IMG/VR virus record: IMGVR_UViG_3300025613_000003
Reading direction: 5' to 3' (one strand)
DNA from: an uncultured virus (IMG/VR IMGVR_UViG_3300025613_000003)
Lineage: Duplodnaviria > Heunggongvirae > Uroviricota > Caudoviricetes
Length of the DNA stretch: 20,000 nt
Positions 1-8,729 of the stretch are shown here, in pieces. Numbering within the stretch: the first letter of the stretch is position 1; each line of letters starts with the position of its first letter. A model generated the notes under the pieces. The model worked only from the letters and a program-made list of their open reading frames with translations, ran no database searches and was not told the origin of the DNA. Made by a program: the position numbers and the translations under genes.

Positions 1-1
1 T

Positions 2-1204
2 GGCAGCATCAAACTCAGTAACGGCACCTACGACCTGATTCAGTTCAATAACGTCATGAACAGTAGCCGTATCCTGGACACCGGCACCGCCACGGCAATA
101 TTCAATTTGGAATACAATGTTTGTGATGGAGCCAGCACTTTTGAGATCACGGACATGAGCGCCGAGGACGTTTCCTACAACGTCTTGGGCGGCAACTCCG
201 TTTTCGATCTCACCTCGGCGGTGGTGACTGCAAATGTTGAGGGCAATCAAGTCTTTGCCTCAACCTTTACCACGGCTGCGCTTAATTGTTCGCTATTGTC
301 TTTCAACAAAATCCAATACTCGAACTGGAACAGTGCAGCCGATACCTTTGGCCAGATCATACACAACGAACTCATGGCCGCTACGGTTTCGACAGGTGGA
401 AACAGTGGCGCAACCCTGGACGGGAACCGGATCCTTGGCGACAGCCAATTCACGCTGAGTTCCGAATCCGGCACGTACAGTAACAACACCATTGACAACG
501 GCTCGGTCGTGGCTTGTGATGGCAACACCTTCAACCGGTTCCGAAACAATCAGTTCATATCGGCATCGAATGTGACGATACAGTTCTCAGTATTTGATAA
601 CGTTGAGGGCAATATCATCAGCGGCGGCTCGACCCTGCATGGTTTCAGCGTAATCACAAATTATTCATTCAATACCATACTGAATTCGATCTACACCGAT
701 CAGGTCGTTGACAGCGGTGACGTGAATTTCAACACATTCAATACCTCCGACATCACGCTGAATTCGAGCATACATCATTGCGAGATCGTGGGAACTCAGG
801 GTCGGGTCACGGTCGTGATCCCTCAGAATTACAGCTATTGTTCATTCACCTACGGGGTGGCGTCAACATTCAATGCCACGGCTGATTTTGCCGATGCGGC
901 TCAATACAACTCCGTGACAAAGACGTGGACGCTTGCCAGCCCATACGACAGTTTTGTCGGGGTCTGGGCCATTACCAACTCCGTTGCCGGAACCGATCAG
1001 GTCGATAACGTAGTCAATGCCCCCGCCCATCCCGTCCTTGTCCAGGCCGATACCACGATTAAGCAGTTTCGTCAAAACGGAGGCAATATCCTGATCTCGG
1101 GCGCGGCCTCAACGGCGAACCTGGCCACAACAGAAGATATTATTTCCTTTATCTTAGACCGCGCCGGAACGGGATGGCGCATGACCAATCACAGAACCTA
1201 CTAA
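2..1204 (+). CDS. 5'-truncated Asn/Ser/Thr-rich right-handed beta-helix protein, probable tail spike/fibre or other virion protein
   Basis: The frame is open from position 2, upstream of ATG 56. It has repeated N-x-I/F-x-x-x-S motifs (GNRILGDSQF, NNTIDNGSVV, NNQFISASNV, GNIISGGSTL) and lies upstream of lysis-like genes. Confidence 0.6.
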   Translation, partial: GSIKLSNGTYDLIQFNNVMNSSRILDTGTATAIFNLEYNVCDGASTFEITDMSAEDVSYNVLGGNSVFDLTSAVVTANVEGNQVFASTFTTAALNCSLLSFNKIQYSNWNSAADTFGQIIHNELMAATVSTGGNSGATLDGNRILGDSQFTLSSESGTYSNNTIDNGSVVACDGNTFNRFRNNQFISASNVTIQFSVFDNVEGNIISGGSTLHGFSVITNYSFNTILNSIYTDQVVDSGDVNFNTFNTSDITLNSSIHHCEIVGTQGRVTVVIPQNYSYCSFTYGVASTFNATADFADAAQYNSVTKTWTLASPYDSFVGVWAITNSVAGTDQVDNVVNAPAHPVLVQADTTIKQFRQNGGNILISGAASTANLATTEDIISFILDRAGTGWRMTNHRTY

Positions 1205-1227
1205 CACCATCAAAATCTATAACCGAT

Positions 1228-1485
1228 ATGGCACAACAAATCCCCGCCAAACTCATCGCCAAGGTATTTACGTCCGGGCGAAAGTATGTACTGGCTCTGC
1301 AATCGCTCAAAGGCGGCGAATCGAGCTGGAAACAGGTCTTGGATGACGCCTACGACAAGCTCGTGACCGAGGCCGTGATAGTGGCCGAGGCAGGTGAAAC
1401 CGCGCCGGCAACGCCGGAGCAGGACCAGGTCAACGCCGTCATTGCCGAGATCAAGAAACAAATCGTAGAAATCTGTCAGTCATGA
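1228..1485 (+). CDS. hypothetical protein (85 aa)
   Basis: ATG 1228 follows an A-rich leader just after the upstream stop. The stop overlaps the next start (ATGA 1482-1485). Confidence 0.7.
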   Translation: MAQQIPAKLIAKVFTSGRKYVLALQSLKGGESSWKQVLDDAYDKLVTEAVIVAEAGETAPATPEQDQVNAVIAEIKKQIVEICQS

Positions 1486-2495
1486 AGCTCAAGACCAGCA
1501 TCGGCTACGGCGTAGTCATTGCCGCGGCTCTTATCGCCATGCTTGGCTCCAACGCCCGGGCGCAGGATTCGGCTTTGGTTACGGTCACGGTCAAGGTCCC
1601 GGTCAAGCGCGACACCGTCACGATCAACACCTGCGTTAAGGACACGCTGTATCGTGGCCTTTACGTTGCGAAGTGGAATACCAAAGTCGGTGACGCCGTG
1701 CGTGAAACCATGTTGTTGGACTACTGCAAGCGGCTCGGATTCAACACCCTTTCCTTTTACGATCTGGGCAGTATCCTTGGCACCAGCACGGGAAACAATA
1801 AGCAGGCCGCGTTCAACCGCAAGTGTGACAGCCTCGGTATCCGTTGCGAGGCCGTAAGGGGCAGCGCCACCGACTTTAGCCAAACCACCAGGAGCTTTAT
1901 GTTGGGGCGTTACAACCCGGCTGAACGATTTGACGGCTTCAACATCGAGTACGAGTTTTGGCGTGTGACGGATCGCAATGCCGGTTGGGTTCAGGACAGC
2001 CTCATCGTCGTCGCCATGAACACGGTCGCAAACCAAACCCTTGTCCGTGACCGAACCCAATACATTGGCTGGTTTGACGCCCCCGTGCAACGCCGCGCCC
2101 CCGAGTACCTGGCAAAGAACACCACGCACCTCCTTGTTCATTATTACCGAACCAAAGTGGAAGCCGTTTATGGTAAATACAGATTGGACAGCCTTGACAA
2201 AATCGGCGTCCCGGTCCTGATCAGGCCGATATTTTCGGCTGAACCGGATTTCATGCAGAACCTGTTCAGAACCGTTACGCCCGACAGCGCATTCCGGTTA
2301 TGGCATGCACAGTTCAAAGCCTTTGGCTACAAGAACCTGGTAAGCGATGGCTACCAAATCTTCAGCGATGACTTCCTCATGGTCAGCATAGCCCCGGCCA
2401 TGCCGGCGGCGCGACTTGCACCGGACTGGAAGTACAGCCCCTTGTTTGAGAACGTAACCAAGCCGGAGCATTTGGAGCCGCTTCGTGAGCAATAA
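1482..2495 (+). CDS. signal-peptide-bearing TIM-barrel glycoside-hydrolase-like protein (GH18-like motif)
   Basis: N-terminal signal peptide (..LGSNARA/Q), RGLYV and GFNTLSFY strands, and FDGFNIEYEFW, which resembles the GH18 FDGxDxDxE catalytic strand. Confidence 0.5.
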   Translation: MKLKTSIGYGVVIAAALIAMLGSNARAQDSALVTVTVKVPVKRDTVTINTCVKDTLYRGLYVAKWNTKVGDAVRETMLLDYCKRLGFNTLSFYDLGSILGTSTGNNKQAAFNRKCDSLGIRCEAVRGSATDFSQTTRSFMLGRYNPAERFDGFNIEYEFWRVTDRNAGWVQDSLIVVAMNTVANQTLVRDRTQYIGWFDAPVQRRAPEYLAKNTTHLLVHYYRTKVEAVYGKYRLDSLDKIGVPVLIRPIFSAEPDFMQNLFRTVTPDSAFRLWHAQFKAFGYKNLVSDGYQIFSDDFLMVSIAPAMPAARLAPDWKYSPLFENVTKPEHLEPLREQ

Positions 2496-2500
2496 AATGT

Positions 2501-3202
2501 GTGATTACCAGCGTCCTCGACACGGTTCTGGAATGGGCGGAGCGATATAAGCCCATAGCCCTGAGCCTTGGCGGCGTCAGCACATTCGTGTTGACGGCGT
2601 ACAAGATGAGGCGAAAGCTAAGGATTCTGTATAATCGAAAAGTCGTGACCATGTTCAATCGCATCACGGGCAGAACCGCGAATAAACAATACCTCGATGA
2701 CGCTATTTCGAGGCTTGAGTTGCTGCATCAAAAGCAGAACCAGGCCATGCAGGAGCAGATCAAGGTCATTGCCTCCGAGGTAAAACAGGTCAAGTACCAG
2801 CTCACGCCCAATGGCGGGGGCAATTTCTTTGGCAAGATCGAGCGCGTAGAGCAGGAGGTGAGAGAGATCAGGGGTCACCAAATGGCAAGGGAGGATCTTC
2901 AGCCCGACCCCGTCATATACATGGACCTGACCGGGTCGGTACAGCATGTGAATTTGCGGTGGATGCACATCACGGGCCGGGCCATGCACGAACACCGCAA
3001 CGATGGCTGGCTAAACAGCATCCACGAAGACGATGTGCAATACCTGAGCGACCGCATAAGCGAGAGCTGCAGGGGCAAGCGCAACATCATCACCCAGCGT
3101 CCGTTCCGGGTCATTAACAACGAGGGCGATGTCGTTGGCAGCTACAACTTGGAGGCGATCAGAACCGAAAACAACTACTATGGCGTCCTTCGACAGGTTT
3201 AA
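2501..3202 (+). CDS. membrane-anchored coiled-coil protein with C-terminal PAS domain (holin-region gene)
   Basis: N-terminal hydrophobic helix, coiled coil and LTPNGGG motif, then a PAS signature (VIYMDLTGSVQHVNLRWMHITG...GWLNSIHEDD...PFRVINNEG). GTG start. Confidence 0.7.
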   Translation: MITSVLDTVLEWAERYKPIALSLGGVSTFVLTAYKMRRKLRILYNRKVVTMFNRITGRTANKQYLDDAISRLELLHQKQNQAMQEQIKVIASEVKQVKYQLTPNGGGNFFGKIERVEQEVREIRGHQMAREDLQPDPVIYMDLTGSVQHVNLRWMHITGRAMHEHRNDGWLNSIHEDDVQYLSDRISESCRGKRNIITQRPFRVINNEGDVVGSYNLEAIRTENNYYGVLRQV

Positions 3203-3578
3203 ACTGGTTTGGGATGAGCGGGTGCGCCGAACCAAGATCACCTCGGTTTTGGCCGTGTTCATGGTCATTGCCGCGTTCGTGATTAGCATGACCATACTTC
3301 TTGGCTATTCCAAGATCAGCGGCGACCGCGAGAGCGTGATCTTGCAGCCCTGGTTCATGGCCTTATCCATGGTCATCGGCACCTTTTTCAAAGCCTCGGA
3401 TTCAAACCCGGCTCCGGCACCGGAAAGCCCAGACCTAGATACCGATGAAGTCATGGAAATCATCAACAGGGCCAAAACCGAGGGCCAAACCGTCACGGTC
3501 GAGGACATTATTAAGGTGCTGAAAATCAAGCCTAATCGTGACCAAATGGAGCAGATCAGGCGCATGGTGAAACCTTGA
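3180..3578 (+). CDS. holin-like two-TM membrane protein
   Basis: Two hydrophobic segments (VLAVFMVIAAFVISMTILLGY; ILQPWFMALSMVIGTFF) and a charged C-terminus, in a lysis-like cluster. ATG 3180 preferred. Confidence 0.5.
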   Translation: MASFDRFKLVWDERVRRTKITSVLAVFMVIAAFVISMTILLGYSKISGDRESVILQPWFMALSMVIGTFFKASDSNPAPAPESPDLDTDEVMEIINRAKTEGQTVTVEDIIKVLKIKPNRDQMEQIRRMVKP

Positions 3579-3645
3579 CGCTTAAGCCTCGTATATTGTA
3601 ATCTCTAAATCACTATATTCAATTCACTCCAAACCCCAACAAATC

Positions 3646-4341
3646 ATGAAAAAAATCAAGTTCAAATGGATTACGGGATTGTTCATGCTCCTGCTCACGA
3701 TCTCGATCTCGGCGTATTCGACACCGCAACGGCTCGATACCGACACCGGAACCGAACTCTGTCCGGGGCAATGTCAGGGATCCTGCCATGACGCCATTGC
3801 CCAGGCCGAAGCCGTAGCCGTTCATGCCGTAGTCGCGGACTACGCCTACCGCGTTCACAGCGACCACTACCGATACCTGGTCATGCGCGACGATGACGGC
3901 GGCGGAACCGGAACCGGAACTGAAGCTACTACTACCACTACTACGAATTCCACGACAACTGCAGCCATTGACACCAGCGGAAATGACGGACCGGTTGATC
4001 CCAGAACCGGTGATCCCGATAGCTATAAATTGTTTTGGAACAGCCCGTTCACGATGTGGTTCTTCGTCCTGCTCATTACGGGATGGATTGCGACAACGCT
4101 GAAGCTCAACAACGGCAAGGCCACTGTACCTATTCTATCCGCGATAGTAAGTTTTGCCATGAACATTTACGGGGACTGGATGGACCTGGGGCTTTACGCC
4201 GGATCCGGGCCGGGGGTTTCGGATTGGCAGAGCGTGATCGCCTACTCCATCGTGGCCTGGGCGCTGAGTAATGGCTTTGCCAAGGCCGATGCCGCCAGGG
4301 GATTCCTGGTCCTGATCAAGGTCAGGCCCCCGGTTGCGTAA
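3646..4341 (+). CDS. membrane protein with signal peptide, Gly/Thr-rich linker and about 3 C-terminal TM helices
   Basis: MKKIKFKW plus hydrophobic leader, a GGGTGTGTEATTTTTTNSTTT linker, and three hydrophobic segments in the C-terminal third. Confidence 0.7.
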   Translation: MKKIKFKWITGLFMLLLTISISAYSTPQRLDTDTGTELCPGQCQGSCHDAIAQAEAVAVHAVVADYAYRVHSDHYRYLVMRDDDGGGTGTGTEATTTTTTNSTTTAAIDTSGNDGPVDPRTGDPDSYKLFWNSPFTMWFFVLLITGWIATTLKLNNGKATVPILSAIVSFAMNIYGDWMDLGLYAGSGPGVSDWQSVIAYSIVAWALSNGFAKADAARGFLVLIKVRPPVA

Positions 4342-4368
4342 TCAGGAAACAAGACATTGACAAGAAAC

Positions 4369-4397
4369 AACCGGCTCGGGCAACCGAGCCGGTTCTT
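4369..4397 (+). terminator. strong stem-loop, possible terminator or processing site
   Basis: AACCGGCTCGG-GCAA-CCGAGCCGGTT is a perfect 11-bp stem with a GNRA loop in intergenic space. The U tract is weak. Confidence 0.5.
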
Positions 4398-4417
4398 ACC
4401 CTAAACACCTTTTCACA

Positions 4418-4657
4418 ATGGCGGCAAAGACCCCTCGACTGGTTTGCAAGAAAGGCCGGGACGGCCAATACTACACCTCGCTTGTGAGCCGTAACGGCAA
4501 AAAGGAAATGAGCTTGGGCGAAGGCTATAAACGTCCGTTTACGGAGAAGATGCGGGCCACGCTGATCCGCGACCTCATCGCCGCCGAACTCGTAATCGTC
4601 AGGGCCGCGGCCAAGCCAGCGTCGGCGAAATCAAATCCGGTTCCGAAAAAGAAATAA
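4418..4657 (+). CDS. YegP/DUF1508-like small protein
   Basis: KKGRDGQYYTSLVSRNGKKEMSLGEGY resembles the DUF1508 pattern (K..dGqf.f.L.a.NG......gEgY). Confidence 0.55.
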   Translation: MAAKTPRLVCKKGRDGQYYTSLVSRNGKKEMSLGEGYKRPFTEKMRATLIRDLIAAELVIVRAAAKPASAKSNPVPKKK

Positions 4658-4666
4658 GCCGATACC

Positions 4667-5350
4667 ATGCAGAATCGGTTTCCGTCATGGCTGACAATCC
4701 TCTTGTTGGGGATTGCCATTATTCTTTTCTATCAGCTATGCAATACCGCATCCGAGCTGAACCGGATCCGGGTCAACGCCGATGCGCTGAGTGACAGTCT
4801 GCATTACAGCCGCGACCGCCTTGGCCGTGAAACCGCGGTGACGGCGGCATTGACAGGAACGGTACAGGACTTTAAAAACATCAACGCCGGCAAGGACAGC
4901 GTGATTGCCCGGCTCAAGGACGAGGTCAGCAAAAAAACCATAGCCCTGGCCGTGATACAGAACGCGACCCGGACCCGGATCGTAACCCCCACCACCGTTG
5001 AGGTTATCGCCGCCGCACCGGATTCGGATCGGCCCTGCCCCGACCCGGTTTACACCACGACCTATTCCGATCACTGGAGCCAGTACACGATCCGAGCCGG
5101 ATCGGACAGCATCTACCTCGATCACAAAGCCTTCAACGAATTCGTTGTCGAGGAACGCCGCCGCCGCCGCGGCCTTTTCAAAGCCCAGGAGATTGAGTTA
5201 CGGATTACCAACGCCAATCCCAATACCACAACTTTACGAGCCGAAGCCTATGTGGTGAAAAATAAGCAGAACCGATCCGGCTGGCTTGCCGGTGGTTGGC
5301 TGCTTGGCGTACTCAGCTATCATCTTCTTTTTGGGAGCCATCCCAATTAG
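4667..5350 (+). CDS. spanin-like membrane protein (N-terminal TM, coiled coil, beta-rich region, C-terminal TM)
   Basis: Hydrophobic N-terminus, coiled coil and hydrophobic C-terminal GWLAGGWLLGVL. It is the last gene before a terminator. Confidence 0.5.
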   Translation: MQNRFPSWLTILLLGIAIILFYQLCNTASELNRIRVNADALSDSLHYSRDRLGRETAVTAALTGTVQDFKNINAGKDSVIARLKDEVSKKTIALAVIQNATRTRIVTPTTVEVIAAAPDSDRPCPDPVYTTTYSDHWSQYTIRAGSDSIYLDHKAFNEFVVEERRRRRGLFKAQEIELRITNANPNTTTLRAEAYVVKNKQNRSGWLAGGWLLGVLSYHLLFGSHPN

Positions 5351-5372
5351 GTGCCTGTTCAGGCTCATTGTG

Positions 5373-5401
5373 AAAGCCGCCTCCGTAAGGGCGGCTTTTT
5401 T
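5373..5401 (+). terminator. Rho-independent terminator
   Basis: AAAGCCGCC-TCCGTAAG-GGCGGCTTTTTT just after the stop at 5350. Confidence 0.85.
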
Positions 5402-5457
5402 ACCCTCCTTTTTTCCCGAAATGAAACATTTTCAGTTACCGCCACGAATAAACAGCC

Positions 5458-5667
5458 ATGTCCGACACTCAAAACCCGATGGAACCATTTCTCACCGGCC
5501 TTTTTGTCGGTGCCGTGGCGGGAATAGCGTTACGGTCATGGCTCCTGTACCGTCAGAACAATCTGCCCCGGCTCAGGCGAAAGCTACGGGAAGCCGTTGA
5601 ACGGGAAGATTACGAACGCGCCGCCATATTGCGGGATCGCATCAACGAGGTTTTGAATCGTAAGTGA
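5458..5667 (+). CDS. small TM protein with UVR (UvrB/UvrC-motif) helical hairpin
   Basis: A TM helix followed by LRRKLREAVEREDYERAAILRDRI, the canonical UVR motif. Confidence 0.75.
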   Translation: MSDTQNPMEPFLTGLFVGAVAGIALRSWLLYRQNNLPRLRRKLREAVEREDYERAAILRDRINEVLNRK

Positions 5668-6386
5668 TGGCAAAGGCTCGGAAGTCGGGAAAGAAACGGC
5701 CTGTGATGAAATCCAAGCCGTCACGCCGCCGCCGCGGCTCCGCACCCAACCCTGTGCCAAAACCGGCCAAGCCAAGGCGTAAACAAAAGCTACTGCCCTT
5801 TTTAAAGAAGGACGGGTCACCGAGGAAGAACACGGTGGTGACGCCGTATCTGACCAAGACCGGGCAACTCAACCGCAGATTCAAATACCCGGAAGGGGTT
5901 AAGACCCCGCTTGATCTTTACAAACGCCTGAGTTTTCCCAAGGTGGGCAAGCTCGGCCTTGGCGCAATCAAGGGCAAGCCCTGGCTGAACCGTGACGGTA
6001 GCGTAAGGAAGGGGACGCGGATATCGAAATGGCTGACCAAGACGGGTAAGATCCGCAAGAACCGGAAACTTCCCGCCGGGGTAAAAACCGTGAAGGGGCT
6101 GTATTCCTACCTTCAGAAAAAGAACTTCAAACCAAGTCAGGCCCGGAAATCAGGCCGGGCCGTATCGTTTTCCAACTCAATGTTTGTCTGGATTTTCAAG
6201 GAGTACGTTACGAAAAACTTCAAAAAATGGGGCAAGGTCTATATGGGCGGCAAACAAATAAGTTTTGAGAGATGGAACCTTTACGGTGATGACTACGTAC
6301 AACGAATTACCGACCCCAACGATAGCCCACCCTCGGTTTATTACGAGGTTGTGAGGTTGGATGACTACCGGTACCTCTTTTTCTAA
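5667..6386 (+). CDS. highly basic protein with an internal ~45-aa duplication, putative DNA-binding protein
   Basis: K/R-rich. PFLKKDGSPRKNT..YLTKTG..KYPEGVKT..LY recurs 61 aa later as PWLNRDGSVRKGT..WLTKTG..KLPAGVKT..LY. The C-terminus is aromatic and acidic. Confidence 0.75.
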   Translation: MAKARKSGKKRPVMKSKPSRRRRGSAPNPVPKPAKPRRKQKLLPFLKKDGSPRKNTVVTPYLTKTGQLNRRFKYPEGVKTPLDLYKRLSFPKVGKLGLGAIKGKPWLNRDGSVRKGTRISKWLTKTGKIRKNRKLPAGVKTVKGLYSYLQKKNFKPSQARKSGRAVSFSNSMFVWIFKEYVTKNFKKWGKVYMGGKQISFERWNLYGDDYVQRITDPNDSPPSVYYEVVRLDDYRYLFF

Positions 6387-6529
6387 GCAAACGCACAAGA
6401 TCTTACTGAGATAAAAAACGACATGAGCAAACCCGAATTCCCAACCGTAGTCCGTGACGAAAATGGAAAACAAAAAGAAGTGTGGAAATATACATATTGA
6501 ATTTCAACGTGTGTTGGGTATTTAGCCTG

Positions 6530-6629
6530 ACCGCTAACGGTTCGGGGCTTTGCGTAGTAGCCCTTAGTAAAAACTTAAAATTAACCACGACACTTGATAG
6601 GGCTATTACGCAAAACCCTTGTTAGCGGT
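6530..6629 (+). repeat. attC-like site 1 (imperfect hairpin)
   Basis: ACCGCTAAC (6530-6538) pairs with GTTAGCGGT (6621-6629). Inner arms are TTTGCGTAGTAGCCCT / AGGGCTATTACGCAAA. Confidence 0.75.
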
Positions 6630-6665
6630 TCGTGCCAGTCGAGTAACCAATTAAAAAACGATACA

Positions 6666-6920
6666 ATGGCAAATCAAACAGTAGGACTTAGTTACGGGGT
6701 GTTGTCCGACCCATTAGACAAGCAACTTGACAAACAAGGCTTGAAGTATGACAAAAAGAAGATAGCACAATTTGAGGCAGAACGTGAAGCTGTAAATACT
6801 TTGCGTTTTGGTAGTGGATTGCTAACGGATAGCATGGTAGATAAAATTCTGCCGAAACTCCATAAGAAAATCATTGCTCATGTTGCAAAGGCTAATGGTC
6901 AGTCGGTTGTCAAGGCATGA
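6666..6920 (+). CDS. cassette 1 hypothetical protein (84 aa)
   Basis: ATG 6666 follows an A-rich leader. The TGA stop overlaps the ACCGCTAAC box of the next attC-like site. Confidence 0.75.
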   Translation: MANQTVGLSYGVLSDPLDKQLDKQGLKYDKKKIAQFEAEREAVNTLRFGSGLLTDSMVDKILPKLHKKIIAHVAKANGQSVVKA

Positions 6921-7016
6921 CCGCTAACGGTTTGTGTATGAGCAGTGGCACTTGTACACACTTTCAAATTAGCACTAACTTGTCTGTGCCATTGCTTATA
7001 CACGGTGTTATGTGCC
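6920..7016 (+). repeat. attC-like site 2
   Basis: ACCGCTAAC (6920-6928) to GTTATGTGCC (7007-7016). Inner arms are GTGTATGAGCAGTGGCAC / GTGCCATTGCTTATACAC. Confidence 0.75.
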
Positions 7017-7040
7017 GTTTTTATTCAATAATTTAGAAAT

Positions 7041-7583
7041 ATGAAGAAATATAAAACAATATTGATTGACCCACCTTGGGAATATGATGTACCTGTAAAA
7101 AGAAAAGATAGTAGAAAAGGCAGGGCTGAAAGAGCAGGTAAAACTATGCACCCACCTTATCCAATGATGAAAATGTCCGAAATTGAAAAAATGCCTATAA
7201 GTGAATTAGCTGATGACAATTGCCATTTGTGGCTTTGGACTACTAATAAATATTTGCCTGATGCAATACGACTTTGTGAATTGTGGGGGTTTAAATTTTT
7301 TCATTTGGTTACTTGGGTTAAGCCGAGTGGAATAGGGATGTGGTTTGTTCATAGGACACAACCTTTGATATTCGCATATAAAGGTAAAATGAACTTTCAA
7401 CGGAAATGCAATCCCAATGTATTATTTAGCGGAAATCCTAAACGGCATAGCGAAAAACCTGAATGTAGTTATGAACTTATTGAAGCTATTAGTTCAAGCC
7501 CCAAAATTGAATTATTTGCCCGTAGAGAACGTGAAAATTGGGATGTTTGGGGAAATGAAGTTGATAGCAGTGTCACTCTTTAA
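7041..7583 (+). CDS. MT-A70 family N6-adenine methyltransferase (cassette 2)
   Basis: ILIDPPW catalytic motif, plus HLWLWTT, WGF...TWVK, HSEKP and IELFAR...WDVWGNE. Confidence 0.92.
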   Translation: MKKYKTILIDPPWEYDVPVKRKDSRKGRAERAGKTMHPPYPMMKMSEIEKMPISELADDNCHLWLWTTNKYLPDAIRLCELWGFKFFHLVTWVKPSGIGMWFVHRTQPLIFAYKGKMNFQRKCNPNVLFSGNPKRHSEKPECSYELIEAISSSPKIELFARRERENWDVWGNEVDSSVTL

Positions 7584-7586
7584 AAT

Positions 7587-7722
7587 GGCACATAACGGTT
7601 TCGGGCTTGGCGAAGTTGCCGAACCGAAAAGCTAAATTGAAAAACAAAAGTTGAAATTATGGACGAAAGTTTAATTGAAAAACAGAACGGCAATTTTGCC
7701 AAACCCGTGTTAGGCGTAGTGC
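7587..7722 (+). repeat. attC-like site 3
   Basis: GGCACATAAC (7587-7596) to GTTAGGCG (7709-7716). Inner arms are CGGGCTTGGCGAAGTTGCCG / CGGCAATTTTGCCAAACCCG. Confidence 0.75.
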
Positions 7723-8729
7723 TTTCTTTATTCGATGGTATGAGTTGCGGACAAATTGCACTCAACAGAGCAGGTATTTCCTATGGCAAATATTATGCTT
7801 CGGAGATTGATAAACACGCCATCAAAGTAACACAACACAACTACCCAAACACTATACAACTTGGAAGTGTTACAGAAATTAAAGGCACGGATTTACCTAA
7901 AATTGATTTATTGATAGGCGGAAGCCCTTGCCAAGGATTTAGTTTCGCAGGAAAACAACTAAACTTTGAAGACCCACGAAGCAAACTATTTTTTGAGTTT
8001 GTTAGATTGTTGAAAGAAACAAAGCCTAAATACTTTTTGCTCGAAAACGTCAGGATGAAAAAAGAAAGCCAAGATGTTATTTCAAAATATTTAAGGGTTG
8101 AGCCAATTGAAATAAACTCAAACCTTGTATCTGCTCAAAACAGAAGGAGGCTTTACTGGACTAATATACCAAACATTGAACAGCCAAATGATAAAGGGAT
8201 TTTGTTAAAGGATATTATAGTTGATGGTGGGATTGATTGCCGAATGACAACCGAAGATAAAGCTTATGCCTTAACCGCATCATATAACGGTGCTGTTGCT
8301 TGGAATAGTATTGAAAAGAAGCAGCGGACAATGATATTAGATGCTGTGAATGGTAAAAAGGTACATATTGATTTATTTAAAGAAGCACCTTACACCTTTT
8401 ACGAAACAAGAACCAATGAAGGTAAAGAAATGAGGCGTAAAATTAGGATTGAAACAGGTAGGGATTCAACTCCAAGAAGCAAAGAATTTAAAATGTATTT
8501 ACCATTGAAAGAGCAAAAAGCAAATTGTCTTGTAACAGTAGAAAGCCCTTTGGATTTTATAGTAGATAAAAGTTGGAAATACAGAAAGCTATACCCGATT
8601 GAAATGGAGAGATTACAAACTGTACCGGATGGATATACTAAAACAGCAAGCGATACACAAGCAAGACGAATGCTTGGTAATGGATGGACTGTTGATGTCA
8701 TCGCTCATATTTTCGGAGGGATGTCTTAG
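7659..8729 (+). CDS. DNA (cytosine-5)-methyltransferase (cassette 3)
   Basis: Motif I VLSLFDGMSCG, motif IV GGSPCQGFS, motif VI LLENV, motif VIII QNRRRLYW, then ERLQTVPDGY and motif X LGNGW. Confidence 0.95.
   Translation: MDESLIEKQNGNFAKPVLGVVLSLFDGMSCGQIALNRAGISYGKYYASEIDKHAIKVTQHNYPNTIQLGSVTEIKGTDLPKIDLLIGGSPCQGFSFAGKQLNFEDPRSKLFFEFVRLLKETKPKYFLLENVRMKKESQDVISKYLRVEPIEINSNLVSAQNRRRLYWTNIPNIEQPNDKGILLKDIIVDGGIDCRMTTEDKAYALTASYNGAVAWNSIEKKQRTMILDAVNGKKVHIDLFKEAPYTFYETRTNEGKEMRRKIRIETGRDSTPRSKEFKMYLPLKEQKANCLVTVESPLDFIVDKSWKYRKLYPIEMERLQTVPDGYTKTASDTQARRMLGNGWTVDVIAHIFGGMS

Noticed and set aside
3575..3602. sigma70-like promoter TTGACG-N16-TGTAAT upstream of 3646
   Set aside because: The match is imperfect, it overlaps a stop codon, and the host promoter consensus is unknown.
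6423..6525. Tiny ORFs (25 aa from 6423; 20 aa ending near 6525) before the first attC-like site
   Set aside because: Too short to support. They may be cassette remnants.
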